NCBI GenBank assembly: GCA_003427395.1 | Contig: BFEA01000043.1 | Coordinates: forward strand, 4,118,439-4,182,438 | Source of the DNA: Chara braunii | Lineage: Eukaryota > Plantae > Charophyceae | Length of the DNA: 64,000 nucleotides | Direction: 5' to 3' | Shown here: in pieces, positions 13,787-23,980 of the stretch | How positions within the stretch are numbered: the stretch's first letter is position 1 | Layout: the number at the start of each line of letters is the position of its first letter | Notes under the pieces: generated by a model | The model's input: the letters and a program-made list of their open reading frames with translations, nothing else | Database searches by the model: none | What the model was told of the DNA's origin: nothing | Made by a program: the position numbers and the translations under genes

Positions 13787-13788
<2 letters not shown>
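12461..13788 (+). mobile_element. Non-coding hammerhead-bearing element inserted in a (CA)n microsatellite; probably a non-autonomous or 5'-truncated Penelope-like element
   Basis: Bounded by (CA)n on both sides. Internal imperfect tandem repeats at about 12860-13165. Contains a hammerhead at 13319-13374. Confidence 0.6.
13319..13374 (+). ncRNA. Type III hammerhead ribozyme (one helix III mismatch)
   Basis: AGATT-CTC | GAGG gttcag CCTC - CTGATGA - GTCGG tgcaatt CCGAC - GAAA - T - AATCT. Confidence 0.8.
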
Positions 13789-13821
<33 letters not shown>

Positions 13822-13944
13822 TAATCAATCAATCAATCAACCAAACCAATCAAGATCATATCGGATCGATAGGATCTTGATTGGTTTGATTGATTGATTG
13901 ATTGATTGACTCTCACACACAAACACACACACACACACACACAN

Positions 13945-14034
<90 letters not shown>
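13789..14034. repeat. (CA)n microsatellite interrupted by an (AATC)n/(GATT)n palindrome at 13822-13909
   Basis: Direct reading of the sequence. Confidence 0.9.
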
Positions 14035-14040
<6 letters not shown>

Positions 14041-14554
14041 ACACAAACACACACGCAAGAGGACACACACACACACCAACCCCAACTTGGCCCTTTTTTT
14101 TGTTGATTTGTTTTAAATTTTTGTATCTTCATTTTTTTTAAACACCTAATTTCCCTACAAAAAACCGAAAATCATTTCGTAAAAAAACTACAGCACAACT
14201 CAGGGACTATATCGCTCATGATAAAAAATGTCAAAAAAAAATTCCTGCTTTTTTTTGTTTTTTTTAATATTTTGTTTAAATCAAATTTTGTTTTTGAATT
14301 TTTTTAAAATCTTAAACAAAGTCGATTCCAAAATAAAAACATAGGGTTGTAGGGTTTTCCAAGCCCTACACCCTTATTTTTTTTGTTACGTATTTTTAGG
14401 GGTAAAAAAAAAAAATTAAAAAAACAGGTCGTGGACTGGGCCTCATCGGTCGCGGCCGCGGATGACTTTTTCGGCCGCAGCAGCCAAATAACCCGCTACC
14501 TAGGCCGTGGGTGTCACGTAGATGGAGGGGACTAACAAGTATAGATTGGCCTTG

Positions 14555-15962
14555 GGTGTTAGCGCTGCGTTAGCGCAGCGCTAGCATCGCACTGTGGTTT
14601 CACCGGCTCTGAATTTTTTTATTACGGACGCCGGGAGTATTGTGGGGAGGGTAACTCCCCTGCGACCGAATAGCGTTGTCGTGTCTCTCTCATGGTCCCT
14701 TCCCCTTGCCAGGTTGGCAGGCATGGGTGAGATTTGGATGACGCCCCCCATATCAGTATTATGAACAGGTCAGGGCTTTCCCCTTGGTCACAGATACGGA
14801 GCCTCCATGTATACATTGCTACTGCGTTAGCATTGGTCGGGTGCTGCTGTTAGTGGAAGGATGTTCACTCCATCAAGATGAAGAGCGGTTTGCTGTTGAT
14901 TGCCGAGGAGATGGATTTATGAAGAAGATATATATCATGCTTGTGTGGCCTTTATTTGATGATGTATTAGTTTCTTGTGACTGGAGATTTTGAAGTGGGC
15001 AATTGCAGAGGATCTAGGAGTTATCAAGGGTCAGACATGGCGTTTATCATGTTGCGGTCCTTTCGTTGGAGTGTGTGTCTCCTTTGAGTATGAGGATGCA
15101 TTGTTACCTGCGAGCATAAAGTGGTGTTTGTCGTGCCTGTGTGGCGCTGCTTGGTTGAAGTGTTGGATTTGCTAGTGCCTTTTCCTACGGTCGATAATGG
15201 ACGAGAGTAGCAGGAATATTGTCATGCCATTGGGTGCAATCATCTGTTCTTCGTGGTTGGCTTGCTATCTGCTCTTCAGGATCGACTTTTCATGTATAAT
15301 ACGCTACAGGCTGCCAGTGCCACGTGTTTTTTGTTACTGCACGAAGATGAGGAGTACTGTTGTGCCACCAGGTGGAATCTCTTGCTCTCCACCTCATGAT
15401 TGATCTGCTACAACTGCCACTCCATAATCCGCCACGTCTTTTGACTGAAATTCCCTTTGGCTGTTGGATCAGAGAAAGTGGGACATTCGACTTATTGGAA
15501 ATTTGCTTTGCTCGAAATTGACTTCAATTTTTAGGTGATTTACACTTCTTGACGTTTTTGAAGGTTTTGGTTAATGGGTCCTTAATTGGGATTTCATTTT
15601 GTGTTGAGTATTAGTCATGATTACAGTTTCTATTTTGTAAATAATTTAGGGTTAGGGATTATTACGGTAATTGTATCAGGGAATAAGTTAGAAATTTGTG
15701 TGATTGTTTTTGATAATATATAATTAATTGATACATTGGAATAGGATTAAATTCTAAGTACTAACATAGATGAGGCTTTGCAACTAGAGTTCTGCATGGG
15801 ATGGGCTGACGACAGACGTCTTCACTTTGGGAGGTCCGTGGTTGGGGATGGGACTGGCCGGAAGTGCCCCTCCCAGCCTGGATTGGCTACGGAATTCATG
15901 TGAGGGACGCCGGACCCGTTTCCCGGTTTTATAATAAATGATTTTCTTTGAAAAAAAAAAAA
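14555..15962 (+). mobile_element. RT-less poly(A)-tailed element inserted in LINE B
   Basis: Interrupts DWPW...TILLGHW. Starts with a GC-rich TAGCGC palindrome. Ends with the P1-only module GGGACGCCGGACCCGTTTCCCGGT (15904-15927), AATAAA and poly(A). Confidence 0.65.
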
Positions 15963-16775
15963 GGGGGGGGGGGAACAATTCTATTAGGACACTGGATTCC
16001 CCAAAATATCACGCTTTCTAATTTTCAAGACAACCTCTTCAAAACTTCCTCCAAGAGTCACCCTCAGATCTTCATAATTGTTTTTAGACACTTTTCCCCC
16101 TTCTGAATTAGCTCTTGTGGATCTTCAATGGTTTGGAATTGGGGGGAGTGAATGAGTGTTAAGATAGGCAGGGTTGCTGATTTTGTTGGTTATATCTAGC
16201 GGTCCCAGGGGGACTGAAGAGACAATCATACCTTTAAGGATCATTCTAACATTCACAGGTACCAACTATTATATGTAAATGGCACGTTGAACCCGTTTTT
16301 CAACAGGTGATGCTCCCCCACGAATAGATGGGAGCGTTGTTATTTAAAAAAACAAAAAAAGGCACGGGAGGGGTTACGATGAGGGCTTCCCTTAGGACAG
16401 CTTGCACGTGGAACAGAAACGGTTGATGAGAGTGAGACTTAGTACAATCCACAGTCGAAGTTTGTCTGGACTAGGACCCTACAGACCGCCCATGGAATGA
16501 GGAGCAGTTGATGAGAGTGAGACTTAGTACAGTCTATGGCCGGTGCTGGTAGGGCTCTTGTGTCGGTGGGGCTCTCTACAGGATTGGTTGGGTTGCCTGC
16601 CTCCTATGTTCGGTTCACTATCAACAAAGCAAGTAGTAATGACAACAGTGTGCACAACGAACAACCTAACAAGAAACAACAGTAACAACAAATGTGTACA
16701 CAACGATAGGCACGCAAAATAGATCCACCTATGGAACTTGTAGTGAAACGTCTGTCCCTAGCACCTGAAGTAGTA

Positions 16776-17401
16776 GAGGTATTGATTACTTCCCTAGGCC
16801 AGGGAAGAATTGCCTCCAGCTCATGAAGTATGAACGCAGCGGAAAATAACGAGAAAAATCTTAATCATTGATCACCTCATCTAAGGAACCAAATCAGAAC
16901 TCATACCCCAAATCTTCGTCATTGTGAAAGTTCTCCTCCCTAGCAGGCAATTATGAAATACATCGCAAAACCTGAGGGATGACCCACCCCCTCCTCCATT
17001 AAGGTTGCGGACTGGGCAACCCCAATCAACCAAGGGGGCAACCAGACTTAACTATCTTATCCCCACCCGATGCCAACAAATGAGGAGCAAACGATGATAG
17101 GGTTTGGGGGAGGGAAAATTTATCAAACTGTTTCTTCCAACCCCAATCCCATCCCTATCCACATCAGTCGATCCTCTCCCCTCTCCCCCCGTACAACTGA
17201 TAATAGTGGATGCACATACCTTGCTGTTGAGCATGCCGCTGACGCGGTCTCCGCTGTCGGTGATGAAGCCGACGTTGAGACTATCATTATAAACATCGTT
17301 GTTGTAGCAGCCTCCCCTCTCTATCCCATTGTTCCCGTGGTTGTCGTTGCCACCATCGTCGCGATTATTGTTGTTGTTGTTGTTGACTTGTTGTTGTTGA
17401 C

Positions 17402-17459
<58 letters not shown>

Positions 17460-17608
17460 CGTCGTTGTTGTTCTCGCCATCGTTGTTGATGTTGTTGTTA
17501 TCCTTTACACCCTCTTCGCCCATTTCGCCCAATCCCAATCCCTGCTCACCATTATTATTGTTTTTTATTGTTGTAGTTGATGTTGTTGTTATTGTTGTTG
17601 TTGTTGTT

Positions 17609-17670
<62 letters not shown>

Positions 17671-17913
17671 CGTCGTCGTCTCCATTATCATCCGCAGATG
17701 GACGCTGATGATAATGAGACGACAACGACAACCACCACCACCACCACCACGACAACAACAACAATAGGAAAAGCATCAACTACAACAACAATAACAATAA
17801 TGATGGCGAGCAGGGATTGAGATTGGGCGAAATGGGCGAAGAGGGTGTGAAGGATGACAACAACATCAACAACGATGGCGAGAACAAACAACGACGACAA
17901 CGCCAACAACGCC

Positions 17914-17947
<34 letters not shown>

Positions 17948-18589
17948 TCAGCAGCAACAGCAGCAACAAGATCAACAATAATGGCGACGATGGCGGCAAC
18001 GACAACTACGAGAACAGCGGGATAGAGAGAGGAGGCTGCTACAACAACAATATCTATAATGATAGTCTCAACGTCGGCTTCATCACCGACAGCGGAGACC
18101 ACGTCAGCGGCATGCTCAGCCACAAGGTGCGTGCATCTGCTATTATCAGTTGTACGGGGGGAGAGGGGAGAGGGGAGAGGATCGGCTGAGGTGGATAGGG
18201 ATGGGATTGGGGTTGGAAGAAATGGCTTGATAATTTTCCCCTCCCCAAAACCCTATCATCGTTTGCTCCTCCTTTGCTGGCATCGGGTGGGGATATGATA
18301 GTTGAGTCTGGCTGCCCCCTTAGTTGATTGGGGTTGCCCATCCGCAACCTCAATGGAGGAGGGGGTGGGTCGCCCCTCAGGTTTTGCGATGTATTTCATA
18401 ATTGCCTGCTGGGGAGGAGGACTTTCACAATATAAAAGCAGGGGTGTTGCGGTTTGGGGTATGAGTTCTGATTTGGCTCCTTGCATGAGGTGATCAATGA
18501 TGAAGATTTTTCTTGTTACTTTTCGCTGTGTTCATACTTCATGTGCTGGAGGCAATTCTTCCCTGGCGTAGAGAAGTAATCAATACCTC
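16776..18589. repeat. Large imperfect inverted repeat (arms about 16776-17560 and 17790-18589) with (GTT)n/(AAC)n tracts
   Basis: Opposite-strand translations match (DDGGNDN..GIERGGCYNN..NDSLNVGFITDSGD..IISCTGGEGRG). Confidence 0.85.
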
Positions 18590-19401
18590 TGCTCAACAAC
18601 TACGAACTGATGGTGTACTCTATGTTCATCTCCTCTTCTTCGGGTAGCATACTAGGGTGGGAGTTGGTTTGATGCTCTCCCCCTTGGTGAGCTCGGATGG
18701 ATTGCTGATTGTTTTTTGCAACTCCAATCAGGGGGGGAGATAGGTCAGGGCATCGCCATTTCGATCTGCTATTGACAGAGATGAAGATTGCTTGCAGGGG
18801 GTGGACAACGATAATTCTGCCAGCATACAGGAAGTCAGAAAGTAACGATCCTCGATTAGGAACAATACCTCATGAACAGGAGGTCAATCCTCCCCTTTTG
18901 TAGGGGAGTAATCAATGCCTCTGTTTTTTTTCCAGAAACTGGTTAGGTAAGTATATATATAGCATGAAGTGTATTGTTTCTTTGATATCCTATCATTGCA
19001 TAAATGAAGCTGGTTATGATTCCCAGCTTACACACATCACATACATCACACACATCACACTAACGTATTTGTCCCCTCATCTGATAGATAGGTTCTCTTT
19101 GACACCTCAACTCGTCATCGCATACGGAACGTTGACTTTGAGTTCCAGCTCAATTCGTTATACACATTACATCTACGTTAGGGTTTCGTCTGATTGATTT
19201 GATTGCTCTCAATGGCCCATTATCTGACATATAGGTAGGTGGAGTCATCAACACATCTCTGCATTGGGACGCTGGACCCGATTTCCAGCAGATACATTTA
19301 CATAATTGTACAGGGACGCTGGACCCGATTTCCAGCAAGTGCATCTCCCCACCAATAGATGGAGCCTTCGACGCAGGGACCTACTTACCTGGGATGCTCT
19401 T
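17790..19401 (+). mobile_element. (AAC)n-rich RT-less element with YAATC motifs and module variant C, 3'-truncated; related to 30138-31844
   Basis: Same order as the 30138 element: Asn-rich region, YAATC motif, tandem P1 hairpins, core module, TTCGACGC.GGGACCTACTTACC.GGGATGCTCTTA. Confidence 0.6.
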
Positions 19402-20329
19402 ACCCGCGTGGGAAAATAGGCAAAACTGGCAGTTTTCCCAAACTCCTGAATATTCGGAGGTCGGGCCCGACGACGACTGCCATTGATAAATCTGATCGGC
19501 GGCTGTCATTTCGTTTCGACCTCTGAAAAGGTCGGACGCCTACCCGAGGCCCACTATTTTCCCATGAGGCAAAGGTACTAGTGGTTCCAGTACACGAAGT
19601 TTTAAAAAAAAAAAAAAANNNNNNNNNNNNNNNNNNNNNNNNNNNNNNNNNNNNNNNNNNNNNNNNNNNNNNNNNNNNNNNNNNNNNNNNNNNNNNNNNN
19701 NNNNNNNNNNNNNNNNNNNNNNNNNNNNNNNNNNNNNNNNNNNNNNNNNNNNNNNNAAAAGGAAAGAAGTACCTGGGCGACAAGGCTCGCATAAATATGC
19801 TTCGATCAGGGCTGAGTGGGGTGTGTGGGACTCAGCTTAGCCCTGGTACCTACAACCACGGTTCGGTCAGGTCACCCCCAAGGCTGGAGGGTGACGATCC
19901 TGAGTGGTAGACACTAGGCGAGTTGGGTGGATGATTGGATGGTTTGGTAAACGGGAGGACTGTGCGGGAACGTTGGAAGTTGGATGGGGGCGCGAAGGGG
20001 TGGGTTAGGGACGGTCGCATAGGGTAGCAAGTGAGTGGTTGGTTCCAGCGTGCTCATTCTGGATTACGTGGTGATTGCTCAGATTTGGCTTCTCGATTTG
20101 CCATGTGGATTTGGTAAACTAATATGGGAACCTCAACCTTGTGCAGCTCTTTAGGATATAGGATTTCGCCATGTGGCAGGGCAGATGGCGCAGTGTGGAA
20201 CTGCCATCGGGAATAGGCATCAGGGCGGCCTATGCGACTTGTTGTGTTCTGCCACGTGGCTGTTTTGCTAGGATTTCTCCACCCCCCTTTCGATGAAGAA
20301 TCCACATGTATCCTTGCCTTCTCTGATTA

Positions 20330-20918
20330 CCCCTCCTCTTGCTTCATAAGCTTCTTAGGGTAGGCATAGATCTTGCGTTTCGAAGGGTGGTTGTATCAAT
20401 TGATCTTTTATTCTCCCTGCTGCTGATTGCCTCTCCTCCTCATGGCGCGGTGAGGTTTTATGTGGTAGATGATAAGGATAAGATTTTGAATTGTATCAAT
20501 TGGTTTTCTACTCTCCCTATTGCTGATTGCCTCTCCTCCTCATGGCACGATAAGGATTTATATGGTAGACGATGAGGAGCTCAGAGTATGGGCATGATTT
20601 TGGATATAACTTTGGATTACGATGGGCAGTTAATCCCCTGAGGTGAGGGCAATCAATGCTGCTCATCAGTTGCCTGCCATGCTTGCGTGTCGATTTCGAT
20701 GACTGCTCAGATGACCGACCCGTGGCAGGCCTACATGAGTTTGAAATGTTCCTATAACGGTCATTTTACATGTCAAGGGACGCTGGACCCGTTTTCCAGC
20801 AGGTGCTGCTCCCCACCAATAGATGGAGCCTCCCCGAGCATGCTAGTGGTGTCTGCTCTTATCAGCACCCCTAGCATTCACTCGGGTTGTTTCTTCCAAA
20901 AAAAAAAAGAAAAAAAAA
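20330..20918 (+). mobile_element. Short RT-less element or LINE 3' UTR with YAATC motif (20622-20666), module variant A (20777-20886) and poly(A)
   Basis: Motif matches, an A tail at 20898-20918, and an internal tandem duplication of about 100 bp. Confidence 0.6.
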
Positions 20919-21461
20919 GGAGGTAGGATGGTGGGAGTACGAGTGCGCCGGGAGAAATTACAAAAGAGGTAGGCTGGGTGGGAGTCCTATAGGATTAGGG
21001 GGCCTCTACCACATGGCCGAGTGCCGAAGGTGACTCTCATATGTCTGTAATCCAGCCTCTACAACAACCTGGGCTTNNNNNNNNNNNNNNNNNNNNNNNN
21101 NNNNNNNNNNNNNNNNNNNNNNNNNNNNNNNNNNNNNNNNNNNNNNNNNNNNNNNNNNNNNNNNNNNNNNNNNNNNNNNNNNNNNNNNNNNNNNNNNNNN
21201 NNNNNNNNNNNNNNNNNNNNNNNNNNNNNNNNNNNNNNNNNNNNNNNNNNNNNNNNNNNNNNNNNNNNNNNNNNNNNNNNNNNNNNNNNNNNNNNNNNNN
21301 NNNNNNNNNNNNNNNNNNNNNNNNNNNNNNNNNNNNNNNNNNNNNNNNNNNNNNNNNNNNNNNNNNNNNNNNNNNNNNNNNNNNNNNNNNNNNNNNNNNN
21401 NNNNNNNNNNNNNNNNNNNNNNNNNNNNNNNNNNNNNNNNNNNNNNNNNNNNNNNNNNNNN

Positions 21462-21760
21462 CCCCCCCCCGCCCCTCCCCGGTGCTAGCGGTGCTGGTAA
21501 GAGCAGACACCGCTAACACCTGGGAAGAGGCTCCATCTATTGGTGGGGAGCATCACCTGCTGGAAAACGGGTCCAGCGTCCCATATACAGAATGAATTTA
21601 AAGGATCAGGACAGGATATTGGAAAGGGAAGAGAATCTCTTCGCCCTGTGCCAGGCGCAAGATACCTGCTACTACAAACTAGTTCATTCTGTCTAACCAA
21701 ACCTTTGACTGTAATGCCATCAAGCTGCAGAGCCCCCTGCAGAGCCCCCTTATAGAGAAC
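21462..21760 (-). mobile_element. LINE 3' UTR fragment with module variant A (tail falls in the gap)
   Basis: Reverse-complement module at 21478-21582; UTR similar to 44100-44290. Confidence 0.65.
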
Positions 21761-23860
21761 GAAATTTGACAGATAGACCTACACGGCGGCCTAAGTTGAT
21801 TGCCTACATAACAACATAAGGTAAGTCATGGTGAGCCCAAGCCCCAAGGCTGCTTCTGGGGCCACTGGAGGGAATTGAAATTAGTGTTCTGCTTATCCCC
21901 ATTCACCCAGCAGACGACCCCATCTTAGAGCCGGGTGCTATCACCTATGATGGACCCCCAGTTCATGTAGGCAAGCAAGCCTCCCATTCCCCTACCCCCA
22001 CCTTTTGCAATCTGGTACTATGTAGTGTGATTTCTTTTGGTCGTCTGTCGACCCGGCCACCCCCCTCTGACCAGCAGCCGACTTCCCAGACTTGTTTCCG
22101 CCCTACCCTTTGTCCCTGGTGAAGACCATGCAAAGAGCGCAGAAGCAGATCCAGCGCTAGACAGCAACAAGCTTGACTGAAGATTCACAGGGGACAACAG
22201 ATTGGGAGGAAATTTTGAGAGTTGGGCCCTCCCTGCACTACTCTCCACATGCACAAAAGACAAAAAATATGGCGGTGCATTTTCCATGTTCTAGTAGACG
22301 ATTCATTCTCATTTTGTGCATTTGGAGAGTAGTCCCGTGAGGCCCTAGCTCCAGAGCTGTCAGACCCTCGTAGCTCTCGGCATTCCCTCGCTCGCTCCAC
22401 TTGGGGCCTACTAGTAGTTGCACTACCCGCCATCCGTCGGATGGGTGGAGAGTGAAAAAAATGAGAATCACGTCGAACTGGAGGCCTGGTTGCACTTACT
22501 CGCCACAATATTTCTTCTACAAAAAAGTTAAAAACTTTTGTCTGCCTGATCTCGACTCGTGAAGCCGTGCACTCTCCAGAAAGTTGTTTTGTGGAGAGTT
22601 GTCCAAGGACCACCACCCTCCACAAACTGCCGTGCACAGGCGGGGCAACAGAGAACACTCGTCACTACTTGTGTGGACGGTGCGGCAAGCAGTCTGACAT
22701 ATTTTTCATTCGCCAAGTTTGGCGAGTAAGTGCAACCAGGCGCCTACTCGCCAAACTTGGCGTATGCAGAGTAGTGTGACCAGGCCTTTGCTCTAGAACC
22801 ACCGACTCTTGAAGTGCAAGCCTACTACGCGAAGCAACCATAGGGCACATAAACTACTTCTTTGTCCACCTCGACTCGAGCTCTACTCTCGCGAAAGGAG
22901 GCCGAACCAGGGGTAGGATGGAGCACCCTAGAGAAACAGCGAGTTGCAGGCTGTGCACTCTCGAGGGTTCGAGTGTTCTCTTTACGAGTACTGTCTGACA
23001 ACTCTCGAAGAGGATTTTCAGGAGTCCACTTGGAGAGAAAGTGGAGCGAGGCCCCACTCACAAATTTTTGTGAGCCTTGTGGCGCGAGGCCATTGCTTAC
23101 TTCTCCTCCTGCTCTGTACTGTCCTGCACGGGGGCTAGGTCCCACTTGCAGGAGTTAAGAGATGCTGACCGTCCATAGGGGAGATCAACGGCCGAAGTCT
23201 CTTAATCCGTGCAAGTGCGACCTTGCCCCGGCATTGCTTTGGGGGCTACTCTCCCTTCTGTCGTCTCCCGTGTTGGTTATTCCCTGCGGGATCTCACCTG
23301 GTCCCCTCCCTTTAGTACCTGCTCATTTTCTGAAGCTGGATGTGTTTGTACAGAGATGCACAGAATCAGGATTGATCTGATTTTCGGCATCTCTGCATGA
23401 AGCACATCCATATTCAGATGCTAAATCATATCCACTTTGCAAGTGGGACCTCTCTTTGGATTCGGTATGTTGTGGTCAGGAACCAAAAATCACAGCACGT
23501 GGACCTCACCTCAGCAGCCTGAGGCCTTTCTCCACCACCTCCAAGCGGCAAGGTCACTCTTGCCTTCACTCTTCGTTTTCCTTTTCCCCTTTTTTTGTTT
23601 TGAGAGGGGGGGGTGAGTGTGTGTGGGGGGGGGGGGGGGGGGGGGGGGGGGGAGGGGAGAGGACTCCTTTTTGTTTCGTTCTTTGTGTCGGACCATTGAT
23701 CTTGGTCACTCGCGATGCCTCGCTGCACTACTCACGACAGCACCGATGGAGCGGAGTCAAAAAGGAAAAAAAAACAAAAAAAAGAAACGGAAAATTGCAC
23801 CACGTGGACCCAAGCCGCTAAAGGCGGAGTCCTCCCTCCACCACCACGAAGGGACACTAA

Positions 23861-23980
23861 GGCCGTACTCACACCAGCACTACCTTAAATGTATCTGACG
23901 TCATGTACAGCCCCTCATGTATGCATCTGGCCACCATTCTGTCCACAAATAAGTAACAAAGTTATAGTGTGAGTATGCCC
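23861..23980. mobile_element. Small Harbinger/Tourist-like MITE
   Basis: TIRs GGCCGTACTCACAC / GTGTGAGTATGCCC (12/14 match), flanked by TAA and TCA. Confidence 0.45.

Larger units (their letters stand above)
10972..14521. mobile_element. Non-autonomous hAT-type DNA transposon (contains a gap and nested elements)
   Basis: 12-bp TIRs CTACGTGACACC / GGTGTCACGTAG. 8-bp TSD ATGGAGGG (10964-10971, 14522-14529). Subterminal GCGGCCG and GGACG repeats. Confidence 0.85.
7921..16360 (+). mobile_element. 5'-truncated L1/Tx1 LINE (LINE B) split by three nested insertions
   Basis: FIDFEKAY, RQGD, FTDDL, KGGLGILDP, LQWQIAHRCL, ETIEHIFMQCP. Protein homology resumes after each insertion (9909, 14522, about 15972). 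Covarying module at 16281-16335; A tail at 16346-16360. Confidence 0.88.

Noticed and set aside
19383-19393. U1 snRNA-like TACTTACCTGG
   Set aside because: Part of the variant C stem (pairs with TAAGTAGG in the 31755 copy, which reads TACTTACCGG); no further U1 similarity.
20777-20829. 3' module as an HDV-like, twister or pistol ribozyme, or as CRISPR repeats
   Set aside because: It lacks the required nested helices and catalytic junction motifs. The copies are dispersed at retroelement tails, not regularly spaced with spacers.
22185-23160. CACTA transposon from repeated (TG)CACTACTC motifs
   Set aside because: The motifs are internal and in both orientations; I found no paired termini or 3-bp TSD. 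Probably subterminal repeats of an unclassified element.
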